The position numbers were made by a program, and so were the translations under genes. Below the pieces are notes generated by a model. It made no database searches. It was not told the DNA's origin and was given only the letters and a program-made list of their open reading frames with translations. A stretch of 64,000 bases of DNA from Pyrinomonadales bacterium (GTDB lineage: Bacteria > Acidobacteriota > Blastocatellia > Pyrinomonadales > Pyrinomonadaceae), in contig JBBRYS010000010.1 of the NCBI GenBank assembly GCA_038237475.1, positions 130,465-194,464 of the forward strand, in the 5' to 3' direction. Below, in pieces: positions 47,583-56,949 of the stretch (its first letter is position 1; each line of letters opens with the position of its first letter).

Positions 47583-48644
47583 TTAGATCAAACTTACGAT
47601 AATGCCGCTCGCCACGGCAATTACCCAGATCGACGCCGCCACCACACCTGCGACTCGCCAGTTAGTCGATCTCATGATCGTCAGCAGCGAAGGAAGGTTT
47701 ATAGCTGGTCCGGCGATGAGCAGAGCCAAAGCAGCGCCGATCGGGGCGCCTGCGCCTATCAAAACAAACGCCAGGGGGATCTCGAAAAACGTCGGGAGCG
47801 CCAGCGGAATGGCAAAGGTAGCGACGACTATGACTGCCAACAACTTCGCATTTGGCGATGCGAAAGCGTTGACGGGCAGCCACTGTGCAATGACCATCGA
47901 GACCAGGACACCGATGATTATCACCGGAACTATTCGCAGAGCTACCTGCGCGCACGCCCTCACGAAGCGCAGCAACTGTGAGCTCACCGACAACTTTTTC
48001 GGCGCATCGGGGAGTTCACATGGAAGTCGCGCATTGCCGAAGATCTTGTCAGCAATCATCCCCGTGAACACTACCGCGGCAATGCTGGCGGCAACGCGGG
48101 TTCCAGCAACCCTGTGATCGAAAAGCATAAAAGTGAGAATCAAAGCAGCCGGATTGAGCGCGGGCGCGGCCAACATCAAACCGAGTGATGGGCCAAGTCG
48201 AGCAGAACGTTCATATACGCCTTTGAAGATCGGAGCGACACAACATGAACAGAGCATCAACGGTGCACCGGCAGCTCCGCCAAGTAACTGGCCTCTGAAT
48301 GAGCCTTTGCCCAATGTGCGAGCCAACCAGTTCGGAGACACAAAGGTGGTCACGGCGCCGCTGATCAGAATGCCAAAAATCAGCGCCGGCAAAATTACCT
48401 GGAAGTAGTTCAGCGTACGCCCCAGCGTATTGGCTTCCGTATGGCCGACCAGTGGAATCACGTTCGCTCGCGGAGTCAGCGTTCCGGTTGCCGACACCTT
48501 GTTAATGACCACAAGCGCAGCCGAACTCTTGTAGGCGATTAATGCACCAACGATCAGCAGCACGGGCAAAGCAAAAAAAACAACCTGTTGAATTGCCGTA
48601 AACGTTGTGCCCTCTTTTTTATGAGTGGTTTGTTCTGTAATCAT
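47583..48644 (-). CDS. ArsP_1/YraQ-type permease with vicinal cysteine motif
   Basis: A 353-aa polytopic membrane protein. The motif GAPLMLCSCCVAPIF is typical of the predicted-permease family that includes the organoarsenical exporter ArsP. Confidence 0.7.
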   Translation of the reverse strand: MITEQTTHKKEGTTFTAIQQVVFFALPVLLIVGALIAYKSSAALVVINKVSATGTLTPRANVIPLVGHTEANTLGRTLNYFQVILPALIFGILISGAVTTFVSPNWLARTLGKGSFRGQLLGGAAGAPLMLCSCCVAPIFKGVYERSARLGPSLGLMLAAPALNPAALILTFMLFDHRVAGTRVAASIAAVVFTGMIADKIFGNARLPCELPDAPKKLSVSSQLLRFVRACAQVALRIVPVIIIGVLVSMVIAQWLPVNAFASPNAKLLAVIVVATFAIPLALPTFFEIPLAFVLIGAGAPIGAALALLIAGPAINLPSLLTIMRSTNWRVAGVVAASIWVIAVASGIIVSLI

Positions 48645-48688
48645 GGGCCAGAGATCCTCGTTTAATTTGCCAGACCGGCGCTGAGACT

Positions 48689-49690
48689 TCAGGCTCGTAG
48701 TTCGTCGATTAAATCCGCCAGGGCTCTCTGTTCTCTAGCGGGCTTGAAGAGAAAAGCCAGATTTTTAACCCATCTTCTCAGTTCCGTCAGATATTGTGCG
48801 GAGGTCTCAGCGCGTGTCAACAGTCGCACAAGTTCTTTTGTATCGCCAACCTCAAAATAGCCCGGATAGTCTGTACCCAGAATGCCAACATTTCCGTCTA
48901 TGCGCGAGGCCAGCACGGGCAGCGAAGCCACAATCGCCTCCGACAAAACGTTGGCCCCGCCCTCTAAGCGAGATGAAATCACACAGAGGCGGCTCTTCTC
49001 CATGATACGGCGGACCTGAGATCGCGATTTTTCTCCCAGCCATTCGTAACGTTGGTTGGCAAGCATTTCCCGGCTCGCCCGGGCTGCCATTGCTTCACTC
49101 ATCGCACCGCCTACCTGCAGGATCCGGATGCTTGACTTCGCAGGAAGTATTCGTGCAGCCATCGCAGTGCGAAATGGATCTTTCACAGCACGCATATGTC
49201 CGATGACGCATACTGGAAAGCTAACTATTTGTTTTTTGAATTCATGCCTGCTTACCTTTGCTCCCGGTGGCTTGACTCCGGCCACGCGGACGTTTCGCGT
49301 GTCTTCAACCGACTGATAAATTACGCGGGCTTTGGTTCGCAGATCCCGTCGCAGGGTTTCTATTGCCTTTGGTTGCAGGAGGATGATTCTTGATGCCAGC
49401 TCGAGTGCTAATTGAGCTCGAGTATCGGTTTGCAGATCACGATAAAGATCCGTGCCGGTAAGAGCGACGATGATGGGAGCATCAGGTTGTTGGCGGCGAA
49501 ACCTAATGATCGACATCTGGCTGCGCCGTGCGTGCAAAGCAATCAACAAATCGCAGGGCTCACCCTCGTACGTTTGCAGAATAGTGACTCGATGGCCGAG
49601 TTGCTTCAAAAGCCCTGCCCAGCGCAGCGCTGTTATGCGGTTCCCGTAAAGTGAGTCCGGAGGGGCCGGAGTGACTATGCCAATCCTCAT
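48689..49690 (-). CDS. GT-B glycosyltransferase, SenB-like (candidate selenosugar/thiosugar synthase)
   Basis: The 333-aa ORF begins MRIGIVTPAPPDSLYGNRITALRWAGLLKQLGHRV and has a C-terminal SSRLEGGANVLSEAI (the EX7E-like region of GT4-type enzymes). It lies 6 bp downstream of the EgtB/SenA-like gene. The SenB assignment rests on context and remembered family features, not on a search. Confidence 0.5.
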   Translation of the reverse strand: MRIGIVTPAPPDSLYGNRITALRWAGLLKQLGHRVTILQTYEGEPCDLLIALHARRSQMSIIRFRRQQPDAPIIVALTGTDLYRDLQTDTRAQLALELASRIILLQPKAIETLRRDLRTKARVIYQSVEDTRNVRVAGVKPPGAKVSRHEFKKQIVSFPVCVIGHMRAVKDPFRTAMAARILPAKSSIRILQVGGAMSEAMAARASREMLANQRYEWLGEKSRSQVRRIMEKSRLCVISSRLEGGANVLSEAIVASLPVLASRIDGNVGILGTDYPGYFEVGDTKELVRLLTRAETSAQYLTELRRWVKNLAFLFKPAREQRALADLIDELRA

Positions 49691-49696
49691 TCTTCC

Positions 49697-51037
49697 TTAC
49701 TTTGAGGCGCAGGTGCGAAATCCCGCCCACACGTCGCGCCGATGCGGCTGATAGAAGTTTCGGTAAGTATTGTTGATAAGGCGCGAACGAGTTGCCCAAC
49801 ACCCGCCACGAAGAACCTTGTGATCGCCAAACCAGGGCTCGGAATATTCTTTGTAAGGTCCCGCGGTAAAGCCCGGATAAGCATTAAAGTCGCTGGCTGT
49901 CCATTCCCAGACATTGCCGATCATCTGCCGGCACCCCGACGCGCTATCACTTGCAGGCAGGGCGTCAACGGGGATGCAGCCCAATGCGCGCGAGTCCAGA
50001 TTAGCGCGGCCTGAGCCCAGCGCTTCATCGCCCCAGGGAAATGTTCGCTTGTGGGATGTCGTATTTCCATCCGGTTCTATACTTGCCGCCAGCTCCCACT
50101 CTGCTTCCGTTGGCAGACGACGGCCCGCCCAGCGGCAGTACGCATCGGCCTCAAACCAGTTGACGTGTATGACGGGCAGTCGCTCATCGAGACTAACCCA
50201 TTCATCAAAATTGCGGCGCAGCCAGCGGCCGTTTCCTTCCTTGAACCAATACACCGGATGTTCGGCGCGCACACTAGTGCGCCACTGCCAGCCTTCTGCC
50301 GTCCACAGTTCCCTTCTCTGATAGCCGTGGTCGTTTACAAAATCGCTAAATTCAAGATTGCTCACGGCGGTCCTGGAAATCAAAAAAGGCGCTATTTCAA
50401 CCTCATGTGCAAGTTGCTCATTGTCGAAGACAAAGCGATTGCAGGAAGGGCTGCCGAGAATAAATTTGCCGCCGCCGAATTCTGCATCGCCGGGTACAAA
50501 CAAGTTGGCTTGAGTGCGATCAGCGTCATGCGGCGATCTCGCCTCGTTAACGATCTGCTTTGCATCACTGTCGCTTGCCGGTGATGGATAGCTCAGAGTC
50601 TGACGTGTGTAAGTGATCGCTTCGTCGTGCATCTGCTCGTGTAACAGTACAAGGTTCAGAAAATAGTCCGCATCATATCCCTGAGCAACTGTCATATCCG
50701 GTTTCGCTGAGTTCGCCTGCTCGATCACTCGCTCCAGAACTGTTTGCATATAAGCAAGAGTTTCTGCTCGCTCAAGTAATGGCAGATCCCAGCGAGTGTC
50801 GTGGCCGACACGCGCCGAATCGTAGTGATCGTCGCCATTCTTAAGAATCGGCGACTGTTTACCGAAGTGCCGGAGGATCCAGAACTCCTGAAACCAGGCG
50901 ACGTGTCCAATTTCCCAGCGGAGCGGATTCACGATTGGTAAGCGCGGGCCCAGCCACTGCTCGTCACTCAAGTCGCCAACCAACGCGAGTGTGCGCGAGC
51001 GAGTCTCCCGCAAGGCGCTAACCAATTCCGTGTTCAT
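49697..51037 (-). CDS. EgtB/SenA-family sulfoxide (or selenoxide) synthase: DinB_2 + FGE-sulfatase domains
   Basis: The N-terminal DinB_2 domain has iron-ligand motifs WEIGHVAWFQEFW and LLHEQMHDEAITY. The C-terminal FGE-like domain has RRLPTEAEWE, GNVWEWT and VLRGGCWAT. Confidence 0.85.
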   Translation of the reverse strand: MNTELVSALRETRSRTLALVGDLSDEQWLGPRLPIVNPLRWEIGHVAWFQEFWILRHFGKQSPILKNGDDHYDSARVGHDTRWDLPLLERAETLAYMQTVLERVIEQANSAKPDMTVAQGYDADYFLNLVLLHEQMHDEAITYTRQTLSYPSPASDSDAKQIVNEARSPHDADRTQANLFVPGDAEFGGGKFILGSPSCNRFVFDNEQLAHEVEIAPFLISRTAVSNLEFSDFVNDHGYQRRELWTAEGWQWRTSVRAEHPVYWFKEGNGRWLRRNFDEWVSLDERLPVIHVNWFEADAYCRWAGRRLPTEAEWELAASIEPDGNTTSHKRTFPWGDEALGSGRANLDSRALGCIPVDALPASDSASGCRQMIGNVWEWTASDFNAYPGFTAGPYKEYSEPWFGDHKVLRGGCWATRSRLINNTYRNFYQPHRRDVWAGFRTCASK

Positions 51038-51088
51038 AGCTCTTATCTGAGCGGTCGACAGAAATATTCGGAGAACTTTTTGACCTGC

Positions 51089-52480
51089 CTACTTGCCATC
51101 CATCGAAATAAACAGATTGTTTAAAGATTCGGCCAGGGTTGGGTGCGCGAATATGCCATCCTTCAGGGCCGTGTAAGGCAAGCGACCCATTATCGCTATC
51201 TCAAACATGCTCATCAACTCACCGGCTTCAATGCCCAGGACAGCGCAGCCCAGTATTAGTTTCGTTTCGGCGTCAACCACAGCTTTCATGAAACCGCGAG
51301 TCTCGCCCATTTCAATTGCCCGTGCGACCCGGCTCATTGGCAGTTTCGCCACGCGAATGTCCAGGCCCTGATTCCTGGCTTCTGTTTCGGTGATCCCGAT
51401 GCGGCCGAGTTGCGGATCCAGGAAGACAGTGTATGGAACCAGCCGATCCGTTGTGGTCGCCTGACCCTGTTCAAGGATGTTCGTGCGCAGGATACGAAAG
51501 TCATCGTAGGAAATGTGCGTAAAAGCAGGGCCGCCATTAACATCACCCAACGCATAGATTCCTTCAACATTCGTCTCCAACCGATCGTTTACCCTGACAA
51601 AGCGACGCGCGTCTGTTTCGACTCCAGCCGACTTCAGGTTGAGCCGATCCGTATTCGGTTCACGACCGGCCGCAACCAGCAGGTGAGAACCTTCTACAAT
51701 CCTCTCGCCTCCACTTGTTTTGGCCGTCATGCTTACTTTGGTATTGCTGCCCGTGATGCTCACAGCCTCAGAATTCAGCAGGACGGTGATTCCATCCTCC
51801 TCCAGTATCTTGGCTACTTCGCCGGCAACATCCGGGTCTTCGCGATTCAGCAGCTGCTCCCCCCGCTGAACAATAGTTACTTCGCTACCGAAACGTCTGA
51901 ACATCTGACCAAACTCCAGACCGATGTAGCCGCCACCTAACACAAGCAAATGCTCCGGTAGCGTTTCCAGTTCCATTATCGAAGTCGAATCCAAAGCCGG
52001 AATGCCTTCCAAACCGGGAATCGATGGCTGCGCGGGACGAGCACCGGTGTTGAGGAAGATTCTGTCAGCCGTAAGCAAACGCGTGCCGCCTTCATTCAGG
52101 ACCACCTCAAGTGAAGTTTGACCGGCGAACGTTGCCTCACCTCGCAACAGCTCAAGACCCGCAGTCTTCTCGATGTTCCTGAGTCCACCGTCGCGAAAGC
52201 TTTCGACGATCTCTTGCTTGCGCCGGCGGACCGCTGACATGCTGACCGTCACCGGTCCACAGTTCACACCGTAATCAGCACTGCGACGCGCGAGATACGC
52301 CACGCGAGCGCTGGCCACCATTGTTTTCGTCGGCGTGCAGCCGACGTTGACGCAGGACCCGCCAATATTCTTTCGCTCGATGATGGCTGTTTTCAATCCA
52401 GCTTTGGCGAGCGCGACGGAAAGCGGCGTACCTCCCTGCCCTGAGCCAATCACAATAGCATCGTATGTTTCAACTTCCAT
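51089..52480 (-). CDS. class I pyridine nucleotide-disulfide oxidoreductase (flavoprotein disulfide reductase, MerA-like core without metal-binding extensions)
   Basis: Lies in ORF 51089..52513. ATG at 52480 gives [17 protein letters not shown] (FAD GxGxxG). It has the redox-active [13 protein letters not shown], the NAD motif [11 protein letters not shown], and the dimerisation-domain HPTLAE. Confidence 0.85.
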   Translation of the reverse strand: MEVETYDAIVIGSGQGGTPLSVALAKAGLKTAIIERKNIGGSCVNVGCTPTKTMVASARVAYLARRSADYGVNCGPVTVSMSAVRRRKQEIVESFRDGGLRNIEKTAGLELLRGEATFAGQTSLEVVLNEGGTRLLTADRIFLNTGARPAQPSIPGLEGIPALDSTSIMELETLPEHLLVLGGGYIGLEFGQMFRRFGSEVTIVQRGEQLLNREDPDVAGEVAKILEEDGITVLLNSEAVSITGSNTKVSMTAKTSGGERIVEGSHLLVAAGREPNTDRLNLKSAGVETDARRFVRVNDRLETNVEGIYALGDVNGGPAFTHISYDDFRILRTNILEQGQATTTDRLVPYTVFLDPQLGRIGITETEARNQGLDIRVAKLPMSRVARAIEMGETRGFMKAVVDAETKLILGCAVLGIEAGELMSMFEIAIMGRLPYTALKDGIFAHPTLAESLNNLFISMDGK

Positions 52481-52726
52481 GACAAATGTTTCTCCGATTC
52501 GCACCCAAAGCAAACCGCCTCGGGTGCATTAGTCGCAGCCTGCCCCAATGAATTTTCTCATGCCGAGTCCTTTTGAAACTCTTTTGCCTGACCCGCCGCG
52601 CCGCTCGCACTGCAGACTACGCTGCAGGCCACACGTCAACTTCAACAAAAAAAAGGTAAAGAGACTTTGTTTACTTCTTCTCCTCCGCCCGTACCGGGCG
52701 TCTTAGCGAACAGCAGGAAGCTGAAC

Positions 52727-52911
52727 CTATTGCGGGCATTCAGTATTGCTGTGCGTCACTGTGGCGCTAAAACGCTGTTGGTACTCGGTTGAGGTCACAA
52801 ACGAACAGACCATTGCGTGCTGTTTGGCGACATCCCGCAAGCGCGCCGTTGACCTGCACCAGCCAAAACAGAAAATAATTCACGTCCGCATTACGACACG
52901 CAGGTCGACAG
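52727..52911 (-). pseudogene. decayed, frameshifted copy of the DUF4214 C-terminal tail
   Basis: Minus-strand translation gives ...DVNYFLFWLVQVNGA, then after a 1-nt frameshift VAKQHAMVCSFVTSTEYQQRFSATVTHSNTECPQ*. This is clearly homologous to the last roughly 60 aa of the 53062..55554 gene. Confidence 0.7.
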
Positions 52912-53061
52912 GAGCGCGTACGACGGTGCGTCTTCGTTGACCTGGTGTTTTCTCCGAGCCTTCGCCTCAATCGCTGCACGAGCCTATCTGGTGACGTCAC
53001 TTTCCCTCGTGACAGGCATCGCGCTGAACGGCAATCAAGATCGAACGAGTCACTCGCGAGC

Positions 53062-55554
53062 TTACTGACACTCGACATTCGTGTGCGTTACCAATGAACT
53101 GAACCGCTGTTGATATTCTGCAGATGTGATGAATGAACATACCATCGCATGCTGCTTGGGTACGTCTCGCAATGGCGCGCTGTTGACCTGGCCCAACCAA
53201 AACAGGAATCCACCGATATCCGGATCCCGACGCAAGTAACCGAAGTATTGTGTTGTCACAAACGCGCGATTGTATTCTGCGTCAATGAACGGACGGTTGT
53301 TGATTGGATTTGTTTGCGTGTTATCGTCGGCGAGGCGATAGATTACGGCACCGCGACCGGCGTTTCCGCCTCCGCTTTGGTTGTATAGATCGATCAGCGC
53401 CTGGCGCTGCGAACCCAGGTCCACTGGCAGCCCAGTCTGATCCTTGATGTCATTCTTGATCGTCGCCAACAGCGCATCGACGTATGCTGGTCCATCAAGA
53501 CCTGACGCATAACTTGAAATGAACGCCGCCCTCTGGACGAAAGCAGTTGACAGATCGAGCTGCGCCTGTGCGAGACTCGCACCGCCAACCACTCGGGCAC
53601 GGTCCGGCGTAAACGCTGCGTAACTCACCAACTTGTTCGCTTCTGCCGGGTTTGAGTTGTCGGGATTCGGAAACGGTTGATTGTTACCAAACGCCGCTCG
53701 GTAGAGCCGGTAGACATAAGAACCAGTCTGTTGATACTCGAGTTCGTAGAAGAATGCGTTCGACACATCGATTCGTTTGGTGCGAATGCAAACCTGATCG
53801 TTTCCGCATTGCGTGATCAGGCTGGTCCAAAAATCAAACCCACCCTGATCAGGTTCGCGATTCAGAAAATCATGATAGTGCTGGCGAACAAAATCCGTTA
53901 CATCGTCGATTGGGTTTGTAGGCGGTTCACTGGCGTCGTCATCAATCCTTAGGTTGGCAGTTGCTGGTGTACCCAGGGCACCAAATCCAGTCGTATTCGA
54001 AAGAGCCAGCATCACTCTTTCCGGGCCTTCGACGTAAGCGTCCTGAGTGATCAGGACTCTGAACGTCTTTGAATCCTCACCGGCGGCGAACCTCAGCGTT
54101 CCGAACGCTTCGGTGAAATCACATTTAGGTGAGGCCATGCCGGTAACCGTCGAGCAACGAGAGCCGCTATCCCCTCCAGTTGCAAAGTCAACGGTTACCG
54201 GTAACGATTTATCTCCTAAGCGCACTACCGTAATGGTAGCGAAGCTCGAACTCTCAGTCGTCGTAAAGTTTGCTGAACTGAACTGTAGAAAACCGCCAAC
54301 CGGATTGACATTGATAGTGAAGGTCTGTGGAGGCGACGTGTCATGCCCGCCATTGGCAGTACCGCCATTGTCCTGCAGCACAACGGTGATTGTTGCCGAG
54401 CCACCTCCATTCGCGGCGGGTGCATAGCTTAAAGCCCCTGTCGAAGAAATAGCCGGAGCCGTCGCGAAGAGGCTCGGGTAGGTGTTGTTGGTGATCACGA
54501 AGCTTAATGTTTGATTTGCTTCGTTCGCGGGGCCGGGCGACAAGTTATTGGCCCAATTATTCACAATTTGCGTCCCCGCGTTGTTGTTCACTGTTTGGTC
54601 CAAACCTTTCGTGAACATTGGAGAATCATTGACGGGGTTTATGGTCACAACAAACGTATCGGTCATGCTCTGCCTGTTCGTGCCGTTGACCGTCACACTA
54701 ATCGTTGCAGTGCCAAACTGGTCAGCAGCCGGATTGATCGTCACAGTCCGAGTTGAGCTAGAGCCAGTCACTACCAGGTTCGCAGCGTTATTTGGCACGA
54801 GTGCTGTGTTTGAGGAGGTGGCGGTTATTGATGTGATTGACCCAGAGCCACCGACATTGAACGAGAACTGAAGCTGCGTATCCTCATTGGTAGCCTTGTC
54901 AGTGATGTCTTCGACCGACACCTGCGCCTCGAAGGCACCTATATCAACTGTCGCAACTGTATCAGCATCGGGACCATCAACCTGTCGCGCGAAGCCCGTG
55001 CCTCGCTGATCCGTCGTCAAACTGAGCGGAAAGCCAGTGACTGAATTGTCACCTGCATCGAGAGCCGGACTTCCAGCGAGGAGTGCTTGAGTTTGCGTCA
55101 GGCCACCGTTGTTAGTGAGTGGTGCCAGCCTGGGGTCGACGTTAGTTTTATTGTGGGTGGTCGTACCAGTGAAAGTCGCGCCAGTCGTGTTTCCAATCAG
55201 ATTGTAGTCTTGCGAGTTGAAGGCACCGAGTAAGTCTGGGCCGCTACCTCCGCCACTGACCGAGTTGTTCGCGACAATTGTGTTCTCCAGGTTGACGGTG
55301 CTGCTGTTGTTGGCGATGCCTCCGCCGCTGCCGCCGCTGGTATTGACGGCGTTATTTGAGATCGTGCTATTCGTCAATGTGAGTGTGCCGGCGCCGGTCA
55401 CGAAGATGCCGCCGGCAACGTTAGCATCGCCCGTCACGCTATTGCCGCTCACCGTGCTGTTTATCAAGTTGAGAAGCGCGCCTCTGTGGTCGATGCCACC
55501 TCCTGTGTAAGCATTGTTTCCGCTGACCGTGCTGTTGGTAAGTGTCATCGCCAT
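53062..55554 (-). CDS. 5'-truncated surface protein: choice-of-anchor-Q/beta-helix repeats + cadherin/VCBS-like repeats + Calx-beta + DUF4214 tail
   Basis: ORF 53062..56001 is open. Only from about M150 (55554) does it read as real protein: MAMTLTNSTVSGNNAYTGGGI..., NSTISNNAV..., DPRLAPLTNNGGLTQTQALLAGSPALDAG, VNDSPMF, Calx-beta FAAGEDSKTFRVLITQD, and DUF4214 FVRQHYHDFLNREPDQGGFDFW. It has no signal peptide, and the first roughly 150 codons are antisense of the neighbouring fragment. Confidence 0.7.
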   Translation of the reverse strand: MAMTLTNSTVSGNNAYTGGGIDHRGALLNLINSTVSGNSVTGDANVAGGIFVTGAGTLTLTNSTISNNAVNTSGGSGGGIANNSSTVNLENTIVANNSVSGGGSGPDLLGAFNSQDYNLIGNTTGATFTGTTTHNKTNVDPRLAPLTNNGGLTQTQALLAGSPALDAGDNSVTGFPLSLTTDQRGTGFARQVDGPDADTVATVDIGAFEAQVSVEDITDKATNEDTQLQFSFNVGGSGSITSITATSSNTALVPNNAANLVVTGSSSTRTVTINPAADQFGTATISVTVNGTNRQSMTDTFVVTINPVNDSPMFTKGLDQTVNNNAGTQIVNNWANNLSPGPANEANQTLSFVITNNTYPSLFATAPAISSTGALSYAPAANGGGSATITVVLQDNGGTANGGHDTSPPQTFTINVNPVGGFLQFSSANFTTTESSSFATITVVRLGDKSLPVTVDFATGGDSGSRCSTVTGMASPKCDFTEAFGTLRFAAGEDSKTFRVLITQDAYVEGPERVMLALSNTTGFGALGTPATANLRIDDDASEPPTNPIDDVTDFVRQHYHDFLNREPDQGGFDFWTSLITQCGNDQVCIRTKRIDVSNAFFYELEYQQTGSYVYRLYRAAFGNNQPFPNPDNSNPAEANKLVSYAAFTPDRARVVGGASLAQAQLDLSTAFVQRAAFISSYASGLDGPAYVDALLATIKNDIKDQTGLPVDLGSQRQALIDLYNQSGGGNAGRGAVIYRLADDNTQTNPINNRPFIDAEYNRAFVTTQYFGYLRRDPDIGGFLFWLGQVNSAPLRDVPKQHAMVCSFITSAEYQQRFSSLVTHTNVECQ

Positions 55555-55557
55555 TGA

Positions 55558-56088
55558 CGAGTTCAGGCCTTTGCGGGGGATCGCGCGCGCGTAGTAGGCG
55601 GTGCCAATTTGGCGCAGGCCCAGTTGGAATTGGCCCAGGCGTTTGTGCAGCGGCCAGAGTTTCTGGCGAAGTACCCGGCAAATTTGGATGGCCCGGGTTT
55701 TGTCGATGCCATCGTGGCGACGATCTTGAATGATATCGGGCCCGATCTGACGGCGCAGCGCCAGGGCTTGATAAATCTCTTCAACTCGGGCGGTCGTGGC
55801 GCCGTGCTGTATCGCCTGGCCGATGACAACGTGCAAACCAACCCAATCAACAATCGCCCGTTCATCGACGCTGAGTACAACCGGGCGTTTGTAGCCACAC
55901 AGTACTTTGGCTATTTGCGGCGAGACCCGGATATGGGCGGCTTTCTGTTCTGGCTGGGCCAGGTCAATAGCGCGCCTTTGCGGGACGTGCCGAAACAACA
56001 CGCGATGGTTTGCTCCTTCATTACTTCAGCTGAATACCAACGGCGATTCAGCTCGGTTGTCACTCATACAAATTTGGAGTGTCAGTAA
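55558..56088 (+). pseudogene. orphan 3' fragment of a paralogous DUF4214-tail gene
   Basis: Plus-strand frame is open from 55558: RVQAFAGDRARVVGGANLAQAQLELAQAFVQRPEF...YRLADDNVQTNPINNRPFIDAEYNRAFVATQYFGYLRRDPDMGGFLFWLGQVNSAPLRDVPKQHAMVCSFITSAEYQRRFSSVVTHTNLECQ*. This is co-linear with the last roughly 175 aa of the 53062..55554 product, but there is no upstream body or start context. Confidence 0.65.
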
Positions 56089-56557
56089 CTACCAACCTGG
56101 AATCTGCGGCAAAGGGAAGTTAGTCAGGGGCTTTGGCTTGACCATGGCATCATATCTCGCAGTTCCTCATTTCTCAGAGCTTAATAAACTTTCCCATGTT
56201 GTCCATCTGAATCGCATTCTCGTGGTTGGTGGCTTTAGAAATACTTTCTTTTTGGTAGCGACAGCGGTGACTCTGGCTGCTCAGCGCCAAAGTTCGTACC
56301 ACTTGCGACACCCACCCGCTTGGCCGAAAGCATCAAGCAGATGATTGAAAAGCTCCTGGCATTGCTGCTTGGCACCAATTCCTGTTTGACGGCCTTTAGT
56401 GGATGCCCGCTGAGGACCAAATCAACGGTCGATAGGTGCCAAGCAATCAGTGGCCGCGAATCTATGTGTGCTTCTCTCGAGAGAAGAATCACATTGGGAT
56501 TAATAGAGAATGCTGACACTGCGTGAAAACGTGAGGCACGGTAATGTCTTGGAAAGG

Positions 56558-56634
56558 TGGTAGCGGGGGGCGGGCTTGAACCGCCGACCTTGGGGTTATG
56601 AATCCCACGCTCTAACCAGCTGAGCTACCCCGCC
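56558..56634 (-). tRNA. tRNA-Met (anticodon CAT; a lysidine-modified tRNA-Ile2 cannot be excluded)
   Basis: Minus strand reads GGCGGGGTAGCTCAGCTGGTTAGAGCGTGGGATTCATAACCCCAAGGTCGGCGGTTCAAGCCCGCCCCCCGCTACCA. It folds as a cloverleaf with a 7-bp acceptor stem, D-arm GCTC/GAGC, T-arm GGCGG/CCGCC with TTCAAGC loop, and an encoded CCA. Confidence 0.92.
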
Positions 56635-56755
56635 ATGCGAACTACTTGATCCGCCTTGCGAACGATTGATCCGCCATGCGAACGATTGATCCGCATTGCG
56701 AACGATTGATCCGGCCGTGCTAATGATTGACCGGCATACGAACCATTGTCGAGAA
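56635..56755. repeat. tandem array of about 6 copies of a 19-22-nt unit (consensus ATGCGAACGATTGATCCGCC)
   Basis: atgcgaactacttgatccgcc / ttgcgaacgattgatccgcc / atgcgaacgattgatccgc / attgcgaacgattgatccggcc / gtgctaatgattgaccggc / atacgaaccattg. The array directly abuts the tRNA 5' end. Confidence 0.85.
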
Positions 56756-56949
56756 GTCATTATAGGGGCCGGAAGCGATAGGTCAAGAAGGCCTTCCCGG
56801 ACAGTTCATTTGGCTTCTAGTACGGGCACTTTGGGTGGGCAAGCAACGGGATGGCTTCGAGTAGGAAGCCGTAAGCAGGATTCGTGCCGATGACGACTTC
56901 ATAAGTCTTTGATGAAACGGACCGAGCAAGAATTTAAGAGGTGGTCACT

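Noticed and set aside
51089-52513. Possible mercuric reductase MerA / mer operon
   Set aside because: The core CxxxxC flavoprotein fold is present. However, there is no N-terminal heavy-metal-associated domain, no C-terminal vicinal Cys pair, and no merR/merT/merP nearby.
55555-56001. N-terminal 150 codons of the 979-aa ORF 53062..56001
   Set aside because: This part is the antisense of a clearly homologous DUF4214 tail on the plus strand and has no protein-like features (MLFRHVPQRRAIDLAQPEQKAAHIRV...). The open frame is a codon-bias artefact.
56089-56557. Genomic island or integrase remnant at the 3' side of tRNA-Met
   Set aside because: I found no integrase-like ORF or motif, and I spotted no direct repeat of the tRNA 3' end. 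The only ORFs here are short and featureless. An exhaustive att-repeat search was not possible by eye.
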